A stretch of 62,473 nt of DNA, counting the filler, from Choristocarpus tenellus KU-1152 (lineage: Eukaryota; Protista; Phaeophyceae), in the NCBI GenBank assembly GCA_964200185.2. It is 8 parts of 8 records of this genome, joined end to end, with 100 filler letters (N's around TTAATTAATTAA, not from the genome) between each part and the next. Parts side by side here need not be neighbours in the genome. Positions count along the whole stretch, not along the records: positions 1 to 5,837 come from CAXNAD020009639.1; positions 5,938 to 18,077 come from CAXNAD020001957.1; 6 more parts are not named here. One strand, given 5' to 3'. The notes under the pieces were generated by a model. That model was not told the DNA's origin. It saw nothing but the letters and a program-made list of their open reading frames with translations, and ran no database searches. Numbering within the stretch: position 1 is the first letter of the stretch; the number at the start of each line of letters is the position of its first letter. Of this stretch, positions 1 through 14,277 are shown piece by piece. A program made the translations under genes and the position numbers.

Positions 1-24
1 CCCCCCTCCCAGATACTTTGGGTC
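1..24. mobile_element. MITE family A, right end (truncated at window start)
   Basis: cccccctcccagatactttgggtc matches the right end of the full copy at 24571-24744. Confidence 0.75.
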
Positions 25-370
25 TCCCCGCTCACAGTCCACAGAAGTATGCAGCAGGGTGATGTGGGCCTTGAACAACTTGTACGAGTTCTCCAACTGT
101 TAATGCCTTTTCAATCCAGAATGTAAGCAAAGAAGTCACAGAGAGAGTCACGCTTGCTACACTCTCCTCTTGCAGATGTGACCTTTTCTGCTGTATCATC
201 GATCCCTTCTAAGTTATCCTCCTGCAACTGCTCTATCCCAGGCTCAGGCTCAGGTGTTGGACAGGGGGCAGTTATAATGCTGAGCAAGAGCTTGCGACTA
301 TCTGCCCTTTCTAGCAAATCCTGTATGCATGAAATGATCTTTGGATCATCCCACTCAACAAGGAGTACTT

Positions 371-746
371 TGTTGAAGCATTCCACACTAAACCCGTGGT
401 TAAGATGGTCAATCGTGTGTGTGCCTTGGTAGAGGATAATATGTGGCTTGGTGTGAATATATAATATTGGTGTTACGAGGGGCTTATGGTGTCAATTCCA
501 TTGACTGAAGTAGTTGGGGTGAGACAGGTGTAGAGACTACCATGTGGGATTTGCAACGTCCACATGGATAACCAGAAAAAAATGCTATCATTGGATCACA
601 AGTACCATATATGATACATGGGTGGATAATCTAATATCAAGGTACCTGCAATACATGAACCAGGGGTAAACCTAAATTGGAAAACATAGTCCTAATCCAC
701 TCCACCAGTGATGTCTATAGTGTATCAGCAGCACTATCCACGAACA
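371..746. repeat. Dispersed ~380-bp repeat, solo-LTR-like (TGTT...AACA), copy 1
   Basis: Colinear with 11609-11989 along its length; both copies start tgttgaag and end ccac(g/t)aaca; no TSD visible. Confidence 0.7.
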
Positions 747-3700
747 CGATTATCTGTTGACAAATAACGGTGGAAACCCTGCAGCAGCATAGTAATCAGC
801 AAGTAATTCCAGTGTCCTCTCTACCAGTGCTGCTAGAATCTTCCTCCGATGATGGAAAACACTGGGGCTCCAATATCAACATTTCATTGTAGTGAGGAGC
901 TCTACCTCGCTGAACCAATGGTTGAGCCTTGCAAAGAATGTTTGGTAATATTTTGGAAGCTTCTACCAATGCCTTGAACTCATCATTGGTGATGAGACGG
1001 TCACACCTTTGTCATAGTTTCTTCCCATGAGACTCAGTGCTAGAGTCTTAATAAATCCGTTCTTCTACCCTGCATTACCCATGGTATTCAAAATTTCGGC
1101 AAGTTGGAATCCCTGCCTAACACGGCCAAGGTCATGTGAGAGGGGAACAACAATATTATTAGTAAGGAACAATCAAAGCTCTAATTGTTACATTGTTACC
1201 AAGTATTTCGGAACACCTCAAAATAGATACTGGACCTGTCGTAAGTAGCACATGTCGGACTATAGTACCTACCATAATATCTGGTGTGAGGCAGAGGGCA
1301 GTACATAACCACTTACCCGCCAATAGAAATATACATTATGAAAGACCCTGGTTGAGCGTTGGGTTCCAGGTGCTGCCCACTAGCTACATGACAACTCCAA
1401 CCATCGGTGCTTTGTGTGACTGATTCAGAAAAAAGCAAATCAATATTTTGTTTCCCGACCGACAAACTTCCAAGATTATTATTTTGAAAGTGAACCTGAG
1501 TTTTGTGCATGTGGATAGAACTCGTGATGTCATTATGGTGGTTGGTTGAGGGGTTATGCGAGATGTGGAGTATGTAGAGCATGAGTGGTTCACATACAAA
1601 AATAGAGATAATAGACTGAGTGAGTGGATTGGATATACACACACATCAAGATGAGGTTGTAGTACAACTATTACTGTTGTTGTGACGAGGATAAAAATTA
1701 TTGTAGGTAACATTGGTCCACCTTTACAACTCCAATTTCAATGTTTTTCCGTGGCATATATATCTCCATAATAATTACACAGCGGCGAAATAATGTGTAA
1801 TATTTCAGTCAGCGGATAAACTGATTTCTCTGATTTTTTTGGTAATTTTTGTATTTCCTCCTAATAATGGTTACCTGATGTGTGATCAACTCATTTACAA
1901 AAATATATATATCGTCACTTTATCCCAGTCAATTTTGGGTCAAGCCCATCCGCAATTCAATTCACCCATCCTCATACATCTTCACCCATTTTTTATTACA
2001 AATGTTCTTAAATTAATTTTGTACTATGTAGGCTGATCTAGACGAACATTACGCACCTTAGTAAGGGGTTCGAGCCTCTCCTACGTATAATACATATTGA
2101 CAGAAAACTTGCAATTTTTTACTTCACAATCAAATCGGATTGTGGAGGTTATAGAATTGTGTCTTGGTGGAGAGAGGGGGACAAGAAGGGGCAGTTGGGG
2201 ATAAGGGACATATTGTAGGGTGATATAGTTGAGGACTGAGCGAGATGTCACTGTGGTAAAAAAGGGAAAGGCATATCAGTTTATAGTCGGCGGTCTGTGG
2301 TAGCTCTTGCAGCTATGGTCGGGAATGTCAATTTCATAGTACATCAACATTACAATCGATAGGTTGATACACCTGGCAGGACTAGGAAGGGTTGATAATC
2401 TCGTCAGAGTAATATTCATTATATTCAGGGGGGTGTACTCTAAGTCTTACGCCATTCCTGTCACGGACATTTTTATTCTTGGCACCCTTGATGAAATCAA
2501 ATATTACGGTTCAGGGCAGGTAATGCTTTGCCCGGTACTCCATAGGAGTCACTATTGAAGAACCAGGGCGAAATTAGGGTGGTGACTAGGGATATATTTG
2601 AATGAAGTCCAGATCAAGTTATCACAATAGCTATGTCGATCGGTAACTGATTCTGCTGTTCCTGCTGCCACAGTTTTTTGTCCGAATAATTTGTGACGTG
2701 ATCGAACGATGAGGGCTCATCGTAGGATGATACTTAGAGTAGTACCTCGTGAAAGGTTCATATGTGGAGGATCCAGGCTAGTAGTAATAGGATGGATAAG
2801 ATGGCATAGATACCTCTTGAATCAAGTGTCCTGCCTAAACGATTAGTAGTAGCTACTATGCCATTTTGTTTGCAAGCTGGGATATTCCTTGGCATTAGCG
2901 GCGAAATACATATTTAAGTCACATCGTAGGGTGGTAACTTGGGTGATTGTTACGAAAGTCAGAATTGGGGTGATGTAAATGAAAAGTGAAGCATGAGGTG
3001 AAAATTGACTAGGGGTAGTTAGACTGTTTAATGTTGGTCTCCACGCCATCAAAGTGTATTACGTATCTTACTGATTCCACCCACATATATTTATGATGTG
3101 AATTTCTCATGTCCCAAACAAGTCGCTGGCAGCTGTTGCCTTGACCTGAAGAACATATGTATGCCACACGTGTCAGTCCTTCTGTTATAGTAATTCATGA
3201 AGACTACTTTCTAACAGATCGCGCAAAGTAACTGATGTCTATCATGCATGAAAGATGTTTAAGCATTGGATTGATTCCTGACTAGTTGCAGTGGGACTGT
3301 GGAGCTGAGGTCACAGGTATGGCACGGACATCTGATTTAAGTAGTTTTCAAGAACCCTTCAAGGTGAGAGAAAAATAGAAACTTATATGCCTGCAACCAT
3401 AGTAGGGGCGGGACGGGGGGGAGAGGAGAGAATTTGGATTATGTTAAATCAAGTCAACCCAACCTCTCCAAGTGCTTGGTACTACGGTTTCAAACCCATG
3501 TCGTGCAGAGTACCTGAACTGAGAGGTAGCTAAAGGTGCAGAAAGTGTCACGAGTAAGACAGATGTGGGGGATGGTGTATGTCAAACCTGTGGGGATATC
3601 AATGAAAGATAAGGGAGCCGCCAAGGTGGGAGCATACAATGAGGGCGTCTGTAGCCAGAGACTGAGGTACGAGGTTCGTGGAAGAATAGCCTGGAGTTGT

Positions 3701-5837
3701 AGAATCTAATAGTGAGGGCAAGGGATGCTCAAACTGTGTGATACCTCCCTATTTTATCGGAGGCGAGTTAGTATCGAAGAAACAATTATGGAGAGATGTG
3801 AACTGAAGTGATAAATATATCCATAATAAGAAAAGTGTTTCACGGATCCTACGAGTCTCTGACCTGGGCCTTATATTTCGGTGGCTGGTGTACCCGTTGA
3901 GATTATTCCAGAATGGGGCCCTGCACATAAGTGCCTCTCACCCAATTCAGGAGTCAAGTCCCATGCTTAAGAATTGTCTTACATGGCTAGTGTTGGAGCA
4001 ATACTTGGTCCTCAGGGTTGCATGGGAATTTCTATCATTTGAACTCTGCATTGAAATGAGCAACATTCACTACAGTTTATTCTAATTTGTACTACTATCA
4101 CAATTCTGAACAGGAATATGGACATAAGCCAGAATAATGCATGCGATTTACTACAACTCTCATCCTAGAGAAGTATGCTGATACCTTTTTGGGACAAGTT
4201 TCCTGTTCTATAAAATATGCTACGTAGGATTTCATAACAACATTCCTTCATAAGTTAACGTCCCAGAATATTGTGGGTGTCTAGTATTGCAATACAAAAA
4301 CAATTGCAAAACAAGAGTTTACGGCACAGAATTGCAGACTCTACCCTCCCTCGGAGAATTACGAATTAAGTATTTCTCTTTCATATCTGTATGCCTTCGT
4401 TCATACAGTGCTGTGTTGGATGGATTATGGGAATTGAAATATCCTACCGGTCTATATTGTAACGGGGAATCCAACAGTCAGCAAGTAGAAGATAGACATT
4501 TAAAACAGGGAGAGACTTACCCTAGTTTATTGCCCATCTATGTACGATATAGGGAAAACTACTCTTATCGATGTAAGGAGTAATGGTGACTTGAATAAAG
4601 TTAACCTCTCTTGAGCTACTGAATCTCAGTGTGTACGGTCACATGCGACATGCCCATAAAAATGGTGCCTGCAGTCACACTCTGCATAGTACGGGGGCCT
4701 ATACTATGACTAAAGGATTTTTGCTCGCTGACAGTTCAAACAGAGAAAGACCATTCATGGGCTGGTAGGGGTGCACAACTTGGTGCCAACGGGACAATAA
4801 TATTTTTCCATTGTTTCAAGTGCACATTGAAATTAGCTCACTTGATTTGGGGTTTTGACATATACTGTATCGTCACTCGCTGAAATGAGCAAAAACTTTG
4901 ATACACTAACATGCTACTGGACCAATGCTCTTTTGCAAGTGGTTGCTACACATACAGATGGACGGAACGTATCTTGATCGTCATATAGATAGGTTGACTC
5001 CTTAGTCAACACAATTGTCTTAGCACAAAGAATCCTCATGGCAACAGGAACCGAGTCCCAAGCCAGGCGAAAGTAGCATCTGTGCCTGATTGATCATGCT
5101 AGAATAGCAGTCTACATATAAGTTTTAACCCAATTTCACTTCCTCAACTTATATTGCTCCCCTGGCATGCTCGATTTCAAGCAAAATTTTGTCACCTGCT
5201 GCAGCTTGGTGGATGACCCTTCGAGTCCAAGGCATTGATTAGGCTCGAAACACTGTCAACCATGTCTTACCACTGAAAGGCTGTGAGAAGAGCAGCACGT
5301 GGACTCTCAGAAATTGGCAGGGCATGGAAGGAAGTCGAAAGTGGCATTGGCCGTTGGCATGGCATGTCAACAAGGATGAGTATGGGGTTATGGGAAGGGT
5401 TGAATAAACCTCTTTGTGACACATTGCTACCAGGATGCAATACATGGTGGAGGAATAGACGCTTGTCCCGATCTGGAGTGAGAAAATATAGTGTATGCAA
5501 GTGATAACATATGTCGTGTTTGGCACACCACTGGTCTGTGCAAGTAAGCAAAGAGCCGTTATTGGGATATTGAATTACAGCATGTTTGTAACCCTGGCTG
5601 ACCATGATGCCTGTGTGCAACAACCGAGTTCAAGCAGTATGGGGTTCAGGAATTGATACTGTTGTTGTAATGCTGGGAGTCATATTTCTATAATAATTTC
5701 GAAGTTCTCTTGTACTACTACAATATTTTAATTCGTGTACCTGTGAAACAGGTGGAAACAGCCGACAGATTCTTCGTAATGAAGGGGAGCGGGAAGACCC
5801 ACAGGAAGACAGATCAAAGAGAGACAAGGTCAAAGAG

Positions 5838-5937
5838 NNNNNNNNNNNNNNNNNNNNNNNNNNNNNNNNNNNNNNNNNNNNTTAATTAATTAANNNNNNN
5901 NNNNNNNNNNNNNNNNNNNNNNNNNNNNNNNNNNNNN
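5838..5937. other. Artificial contig spacer N44-TTAATTAATTAA-N44 (identical spacers at 18078-18177, 21216-21315, 25599-25698, 29968-30067, 54736-54835, 58802-58901)
   Basis: Seven identical 100-nt N blocks, each with a six-frame stop linker. Confidence 0.99.
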
Positions 5938-5984
5938 ACGGGATATGAACCACCCGTCGACATTGAGTGTTGATTTAGAATACA

Positions 5985-6135
5985 TTGTTTTGGGGGGGAG
6001 GGGTGTACACAAGGGTGTCCAAAAGTGCACGCACATTATCCACCTTACATGTGCAACCATTTCACCCAACATTTGCGACATGAAAAAGGGGTCCTGGATG
6101 GACAGGTGTCCCCCCCCCTCTCGCATGCTTTGAGC
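5985..6135 (-). mobile_element. MITE family A, degenerate copy in reverse orientation
   Basis: G-run, gggtgtcc, aaaagtgca, cattatcc, tgcaacca, gcgacatgaaaaa, tggacag and C-run match the reverse complement of 24571-24744. Confidence 0.7.
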
Positions 6136-6889
6136 CAGCAGTCAGTGCTATAGTGTAGAATAATGGTGCATGCTCTGAGTAGAGGTTTGTTACCTCGTGA
6201 TGAAGGTTGTGGATGTATTGACTTGGAATATCCCCATCCAGGTGAGCATTGGTGTGGACCTATTGCGGAGTAAGGTTGAGATCTCTCGAAGTGGCAATGC
6301 CTACTATCTGTCATACAACATACCAGGGTTGTCTTGTCTAAGGAAAAAAAGGAATCAACTCTAGTTTGAGGCAATAAATTTGTCACATGGGTGGCGACAT
6401 AATGAGCTTGTGTGATGGATACAGGCTACTATTCGAGGGAACAAGGGTAACTATGAATGCAATGACTGAAACGGTGAGATATGATCGTAGACAGTACAGA
6501 GGTATGTATACGGTACACGTGTACTCACATCACGCCCTAAGGAAACATTAGTAGAAGACAGAACAACAGTCATCACAAGGGGTTGATACTGAATTTGATC
6601 TCTTGTGTCACAGATCATAATAGGGATAGATAGAAGCCTATGTTTCTACAGTCATCATCTTCACATGTGGAAGAGCATATACATCTGGCTGATAGGTCCA
6701 CTGCATCCTCATTTGTGTCATGGGTGCCATCACTTCCATCCATAGTCTTCAGAATATGATGTTGCCATCGTAATATATATATATATATCTTTTCACGCCC
6801 TCCTTAACATTACAGTTGCCAATTAATTGCTTCATCAACAAATTCTCAACCCCTGCTGCTGTCCTTTTCCAGGTCATGGAAATTCCCTC

Positions 6890-7110
6890 ATGAGGACTTG
6901 TTATGGTAATAATGAATACCGTATTTGGGTCGTAATTTAACGTAGCGTAGGATCTTGAACACGGTAGTCACCTTTGTATCGTACCGTAGAAATTTCAGAA
7001 ATACAATAGAAAATCTAAGAGAAACTGTACTGTTAACAAATTACTGTCGCGTACTCTACTGTTCGAATCTGTTACCGTATAGACTATCATACGTATTACT
7101 ATCTAGTGTG
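6890..7110. repeat. TACCGTA-rich non-autonomous repeat (related tract at 56305-56490)
   Basis: Recurrent taccgta/accgtag motifs at both loci; acttgttatggta here resembles the reverse complement of actgtgacaagcc at ~56475. Confidence 0.4.
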
Positions 7111-9934
7111 TTTCATTGTTTGAAACAAAATAATATGAAACTTCCATGTAGGTCAGGTGGTTGTCCCCTGCCATCACATTGCGGGAATGCTCGGGTTGGA
7201 ACCCCAATCAAGGTCAGATACTTTCGTTCGGAAAGCCACGAAAAGGGACGTAGAAGATCTGGATTGTAGTGGAGAAGATTCACTGCGGATGGGACGAGTA
7301 TCCACCACATTTGGGTAAAGAGACTGAGCAACGACCAGAGGGACTGCTGAACCCAACGTGTGTGAAAAAATCAAGACACTCCCGGGGCAGCGCAATTAGT
7401 TGTATTAGTAGTGCAACAGTTAGTTTGTGGGGTAAGATACAGTGGAATGTGCCTACCACCTGACCGTAGGTCCAGGACTTTGGGCTGGGTGGAGCTAGCA
7501 GTCAGGTTCCTTTCACAGTTGTCAATGGTAATAACGGGGCCTCTAAACCATTCTTGTGCGCATTCATATATATCAACCATAGTAGTGGCAGAGCAAAGGT
7601 GCACGTGTACCAACATTTTTGAAAGTTTATGGGGCCAACCCAATGATCTATACACCCGTTAATGTATCCTTAGCAATTTTTTTCAAGTTCTGAATCACGA
7701 GTACAGCAGGGTCCAACAGAAAACATGTATGTACTGACTGCATCGTGAGGAATCTGAGGTCAAACAATGAGGTAAGCTCGTATGAGTGCCGTGTTGTGCA
7801 TGTGAGAGACTCAAAGGAACAAGTATGTTGTGCATTTCGTGCCCACCTAGAATTTAGAGGGTGGAGTATAAGACTACACACATTCTGTATTGTGCAAACA
7901 TACTTGAGCTTCAAAGGTGACAACACGACAGGAAAGAAAAAAAACGCAAGAAAGGCCTAAAACTATTCACACCTCAAAACATGCAAGAAATGTTCGATGG
8001 ACGCAATATATTCCATAACGTGTGTCACATCAGGACTTCACAGAGAAAAGGCAACATCTCATACACTAAGAAACCAAATCAATCTCTCCAGCTCATTCCG
8101 CCTGCACTCCCAGAGTAAACTCGGTTGCGGCATGAACTTCCTCTTCAATGTTGGATTTGGTCGTCTTCAAAAAGCTTCTCTCAGGAATGTAATCCTTGTT
8201 ACTAGTAAGGTCTAAAAACACTTCGTGCTCAACCTTGAGGCTTGAAAGGCTTGTAAGTAAAAGTGAGGCAAGATAAGGCTAAGCCGAGGAACATTGTTCT
8301 GACTAACAACTGGTTGCATCAATGCCATGGAAGAGTCGGGTAAGGAGTCCCAGAAACACCTGTCATAGTTGAAATATGGGTGGAATATAGGATAGATGCT
8401 CTTGTGGCACACATCTGCAGTTTACTACACACAGTAGTGGCACACTCCGATTACATTTTTTGTGCCCTATCCACTCATCTCCTCTTTTCATGTCGATTGC
8501 AGCATCTGTTCAAATGTTGTGCGTATACACGTATCTCTTTTGTGCAGGGAAAAGTGGAGTGGGTGCAGCGAGGTTCGCTGCTTCTTCAAATGGAGCTTGA
8601 ACTGGTCATTGAAGTGCAGGAAGCCCGTTTTCCTCTCCTTTCTAAACAAACTCAACAAAGGTGTACCTACTCCATAATTTGTATGAGTACACTAATTAAC
8701 TTCGTCAAACCGCAGCTTTACATGGGGGATCGATCAACTATATTTTTCATGAAACCGCAAAAAAAAAGGTATCTCGTGTCTTTTTCTCATTAGACACATT
8801 TAACTTGGAGGAAGGGCCTGTGTTCCCGGCCCATGTCATACTTCTATGTATTAAATTGCAATGAATCTTTGATTAGTGATCAACAGAACAGGATTGGTTT
8901 GGTGGCAGGGACTCCCCCTTAGGCTTCAAACTCATTCCTCCTTTCTCCTTACTCCATCTACATTCTGTTCTACGCAGGAAGGAGTTATCAAGTCATTAGT
9001 ATACACTAGTCTTCTTGGGAAATAACGGCTTCTGTAACAGTCCTACCACCACATAACCATCCGGGCGGTGTCCGCCCATTTTTTGTGCCCCAAATCTAGT
9101 TCTTCCTGAAACCACCTAAATTCTGAACACCTTTGTGCAAGCCGAAAATGAAAATCCTGTGATTTTACTCTCCTTCCATCTTACCACCACACCATCACTT
9201 CCACAGGATCTACTCATTTTTCGTGCTTCAAATTCAACTTCCTTAATAGCACTCATATGCCAACTGCTTCACACAAGAGCTGAAAATGAGAGTATCTGCA
9301 ATTGACCTCCGTTAGATCTAACAACCATACCACCACTTATTATGCGATACCCTCTGCTTTGGTTGCGCCTCAATTTTTCACCTGCTCCATGCTACCCATA
9401 TTCCCATAGCTTTTACACAAACATACTGCTCCCATTACCTCCCAGTACTCTACCCATCACCCGATACTCATCATCTATCTCCAATGTACACACTGATATT
9501 CTTTGCCTGCCTGTTCGATTAGGAAAGAGAGGACAAGACAGACCGATAAAGCAAAATTCTTTATGCTGTTGGAAGAAGACCAGGACGCTATGCCCATAAA
9601 TGAACAGAGCAAAGAGGAGGGCGACAATGATTGGCACATATGGCACGACCTCATCACATGGTTCTTGGGCGGCAGGGAGAATTTTGCACCGTTGGTATAG
9701 GCACTGTGGGATGAACTCCTCAACAAGAACTTTTTTACAATATGAGACACTCGAGTCAAGAGCTCCCTTCACGTGCTAAACAGGATCTCTACGCAAAACA
9801 CATCCGCCAGGCGCACCACACCATTCTCACAGCAATGCCTTCAGACTTCCTTCTCAGTGAGGACAAAGTGACAAGCACATACAATCAAGACGGATACACT
9901 GAGAACTTATAAGACAAGACAGACCCTCTTGATC

Positions 9935-10207
9935 TAGTGAAGGTGTTAGAGAGAGAGGGAGAGATAGGGTACGAGTTTTGCCCTGTTTGTCCATTTCGGA
10001 CTTGGCTTCCCATGGGTTCTCCTACGACATTTTCCTACTCCAAAATGTTTCGGAGTAGGTAAAGTGTACATGTTACGAAAAGGTGTATCTGGAACATGGA
10101 TAATGACACTTCTTAACAAACATAATTGCCAAAATTACATCAAAATCGCAACATTGGATTTTGGTCCCCAAATAGACACGGCTCTACCCTATAAGATACT
10201 TTGACTC
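9935..10207 (+). mobile_element. MITE family B copy with (AG)n expansion at its left end
   Basis: gggtacgagttttgccctgtttgtccattt...ctctaccct-taagatactttgactc, colinear with five other copies. Confidence 0.9.
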
Positions 10208-10669
10208 AGAATCACCAACCACGATATGTTCTACACTGCTGAATGATCCTTTGATAAAGTATCGCCTGCCCCATGTAAAAGTAGGAGTGCTAAAACACTG
10301 GGGATGTTGCATAATACTGTAGAGTGATATCTTGGTAAGACGAAGTAGGGCATAAAGCAACCTATGAAATTAAGAGTATTTTTCTCTTTAAATGAGATAG
10401 ATCCTGGGCATACCAACCAAAAGCAAATTGCACTCTGACTCTAAACATATTTTACCTGTATTCTTCGATACAATTAGAAGAGCCAAATTGAACACCTTTC
10501 CAAGCTCGAACAACTCTGAGTAGGAACAAGACACAGATGTGTATCCTTAACATCCATTAGGGTCAATCCCACTGAGAAAGGAACACAACAGAATACCAAA
10601 TTTTCCGAATAGAAACCTCAAGAAACACGATGAAATAGAAATCCAACGAGAATTGACGACTGCACATGG

Positions 10670-11600
10670 TCCTGCAAGTTCAGCAAAGCCTCTAAAAGCC
10701 TCCATAAGGACTCCTCCGCAAGAGGTTTGTTGAGTACATCTGCATGCCGTTCATCGAGGTTATATGTGGACGATCTCTGCCTGGCTCTATTCTCCCAAGT
10801 CCCTCAGAATAACGGTGTTGCACATTAACATATTTGCTCCTGTCTGAAGTCGGGGGATTATTAGCCAAACGGTGACCACCGTATTGTCCTCATACGTCAT
10901 GTGGTATGGACCAGTCGCATCAGGTTGTACATAATCCAGAACATCCGTTAAGAGCAACAACTCCTTAACACAGTCACCCATGGCTCTACACATTCTGCCT
11001 CAGCAGTGAACTGTGCAACTACACACACTGGGTCCAAAAAGAAATAACTGCAACTCCCCACACAAAAGGCATCACCTGATACAGAATATCTAACGAAGTT
11101 CCATTAGCAGAGTCGGCATTAGCCTATGGCACCAAGTCCAGTCCTTTTCCTTTCTTGCATGTCAGCTCCAGCTCCCAAGTCCCTTTTCGGTACTACACTC
11201 CATAATATAGTCTACACTTGTAACAAGGGACATGACATTGCAAACACCTGCACTCCTTTCAACTCTTTGAAACGTTTTGCTGTCTAGTTCTACCCAAATC
11301 AACACAAGGTTCCTTGAATGGATTAGGAAGATAGTCTTAGAGCTGGCGAGCTGTAAAACAGTCATTGTTTGAGACATGTATTGAGGCAGGTGGAGTAAAC
11401 TCAAAGATGAGAGATTTCCTACACTCCCTTCATAACTTGGGCAGTATCTGTAGACAGACTCATATCAATCTGACCTCTCACGCCATCACCATGGGGAAGA
11501 TCATTAGTCCGATCCTTGACGGTTTGACTTACACTTCCTTGATTAAGGGGAGGGTCACCAAACTGTCTCCTTTGCTGCCAAAAGGATGGTCCCTCACCTA
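10670..11600 (-). mobile_element. Degenerate Ty1/Copia RT-RNase H remnant
   Basis: Frameshifted translation gives SVSG, TAEAEC, RAMGDCVKELL, TYEDN and HADVLNKPL, matching the Copia RNase H motifs EAEY, EDN and ADxLTKPL. Confidence 0.8.
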
Positions 11601-11608
11601 GTTCAAGC

Positions 11609-11989
11609 TGTTGAAGTATTACACACTGGACCTGTGGTTAAGATTATCAATTGTGTGGTTTGGTAGATGTCAATGTGGGCTGGTGTGAATACATAATGTT
11701 AGTGGTACAACGGGCTTATGGTCTCAGTTCCATTGACTGAATTCATGGAGTGAGACAGGAATAGTCCACCAAGTGGGATTTGCAACATCCAAACCAGAAA
11801 AGAATACTATCACTGGATCACAATTACTAACATGATACATGAACTGATAATCTACTATCAGGCCTCTTAATACACAGAACAGGGGGGGGTAGAGCTAAAT
11901 TGGAAACACGAAACAAATATCTGACTCTATTATTGCTAATCCGCTCCTCCAGTGGTGCCTATAGTTATCAGCAGTACTATCCACTAACA
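11609..11989. repeat. Dispersed ~380-bp repeat, solo-LTR-like, copy 2
   Basis: Homologous to 371-746; TG...CA ends; abuts the Copia remnant. Confidence 0.7.
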
Positions 11990-14277
11990 AACTTGTTCTC
12001 ACTTCTATCGCTCCAAGAAGACTTATCAGATAGGGATGCAGTGAAGGAGCGAGAGATGAACTAATAGATAATAGATCTAATGGTGGGCCCACCTGCTGTG
12101 TGATTTGGATACCTCTTCCTCAACCTTGCATTAACCCTCCCCTCTCCCCCTTTCGTGCAGCAGAGGTGACTTTTCCTTTTGAGGGAAGGCAGTCCGGTCA
12201 AGTAGTGTGCGGTAACGATGGAACCAGTCACAGAAAGGACACAATATACGCATCTTGGGGTTGATTAGTCCCTAGCCCCATGTAAAAACATTGTTGAGCC
12301 TTCGGAAAGACCCTTGCGGGTCTTACTACATCGGAAAAAACAAATCCGAAGAAAATAGGTTCACAGATCTATACCACACATCATTAGGCGATTTACAGCC
12401 AGGATGAGCTTTGATCAATGTACGATTGAGCAATTCACACATATATTATTGAGCTTCAGCCCAAAGGTCATTCATCTTGGGGAAAAAATTTTGGGGAACA
12501 GCAGTTAGCATGGAGGTAAGTGACTCGTGAAGCTTCATGGATGGTGCCAAGTGGGGGCTCTCTCCAGGAGTGCCCTCTAGCTTTATCCCACAATATCAGC
12601 AAAGGGCACCGAAAGCTCTCACAGAACTCAGAGAACCCACATGAGTCGAATGGGGATACCATCAGTCCGGATATTGACCGGGTACTCTTCTAAAGCTTTG
12701 CACCATCCGACTTGAGGCGAACAAAGTACAGAATACAGAAGTATGGTGAAATATTTACCCCTGATTGAAAGGGGATCTCTTGAACCACTGAAATCGACAA
12801 AATCCAATCCAGCTTTCTCACCGACCGATATGAGGTGCTGAGCGGGTTTCCCTTTCAAATTGCCTAGCTCGTGGAGCAGCCCGCACACTGCTCCAAGTAA
12901 TACATCAAAGTAAAGCCCATTGAAACGGGAGTTGATTTGAGCAGTGCCCCATAACCGTGACCATACGAACATTGGAAAAATGTTTATATCGACCTCTGGG
13001 TGGAGAGTATGAGGTGGTTGCGATGGTGCGGTAGAGCCCATGAAAGCAGGGTGTGCTATTTTACAGGTTTATGCGATATGTCTTTGACCATAAGGATCTC
13101 TGATAAAGATCAGCTTGCCGCCCACGAGCGAGAACGTGGTGGCTGTGCGAGAGATTTTTGCACCCACCACTGATGTTGCATGACAAGAAAAGGGGCGAAA
13201 CAAAGATTTGCGACATGGGCACCACTGTTCGGCCTGATGTATCACCTGTATTATCATGCGAAGGAAATACAACTGTCAGATCCTGATGAGCTATAGTGGA
13301 CAACAAATTTTGGCCGGCTATTGTAATTCTTTGCCCAACAACACAAGGGTTGTAATTGAATACGAATTCCTTAGAGAAAGTCATGTGAGCCGAGCCTGCC
13401 TTGCCACAGATCTATTCTACCCCCTTCAGCTTACAGACAACACTACACACCAAACCGAGACACTCTTCATAACGCGGCTCGCTCCTGTTCACCACGGCTG
13501 ATGACACTGTCCAGGTTTCTTTAGGGGATCCTGTCCTTCATCACTTCCTCTCCTAGATGAACTCCAAAATATAAGATGAATCATGTCACTCTTCTACCCC
13601 TTCATTCACAAGGGAATTTCTCAAATCTCAATTAGTTGGAACTATTCTTCTGCTTGTATTATTTTGTTCTGTAATTACTGTGTGAATTTTCATGTTAACA
13701 TCCTTGGATCTTTAAGTCCTGTACCCCCACGAGAACTGTTCCCATTCTCTGACCGTTTGTAATCCCTCAATTCTATACAATTAATTCTAAACAGATCATT
13801 ATTTTCAATTATATTTTCCCGCCTAACATTGTCCAGATATGTCATAGAAAAAGCCAAACCTTCCTTTAAAAGTATATATTATCTGTCGGAATGAGAGCCG
13901 TTTTTTGCCGTTGGTAGCACTTTATTAGGTGTTTGTTTATTGAGGGAGTTTTTATTTTTATCGTGGTGTAGCCAATGAAATTTCCACAAAAACCCTCAAC
14001 CTTCTCCCCTACTTTCATATTTTTTGTAAGAACAAGACGTACAGACTATGGTAATTCAGGAAGTGTGAAGACATGTAGGATGTTCAAACTGGCAAAGGTC
14101 CAAACTAAAAAACAAAGTAAAGATGGAGAGCACCAAGCAGGTGAGTCCCGAGGTGCTACTCGTGCGTCTTGGGTACGATCTATGGATAATGCACTTAGTC
14201 ATCCATGCACGATTGGAGACTCGCTCTTTTATGGGCAAGATGGGAACGGGAAGTTGAGAAAAGTGGTCCGCCGATCA

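Noticed and set aside
5882-5893. TTAATTAATTAA palindrome recurring seven times
   Set aside because: Artificial stop-codon linker inside the N spacers; ORFs running into X are artefacts
2031-7771. Scattered plus-strand exon candidates (e.g. ~3292-3363, ~5752-5837, ~7152-7314)
   Set aside because: Splice-like signals exist, but the peptides are unrecognisable and the chain crosses an assembly spacer
8050-8670. Possible SWIM/MULE transposase remnant on the minus strand
   Set aside because: Coding-like but multiple stops, and the Cys/His spacing does not fit convincingly
12480-13500. Cluster of 67-137-aa ORFs
   Set aside because: No recognisable motif in any frame; probably a decayed TE
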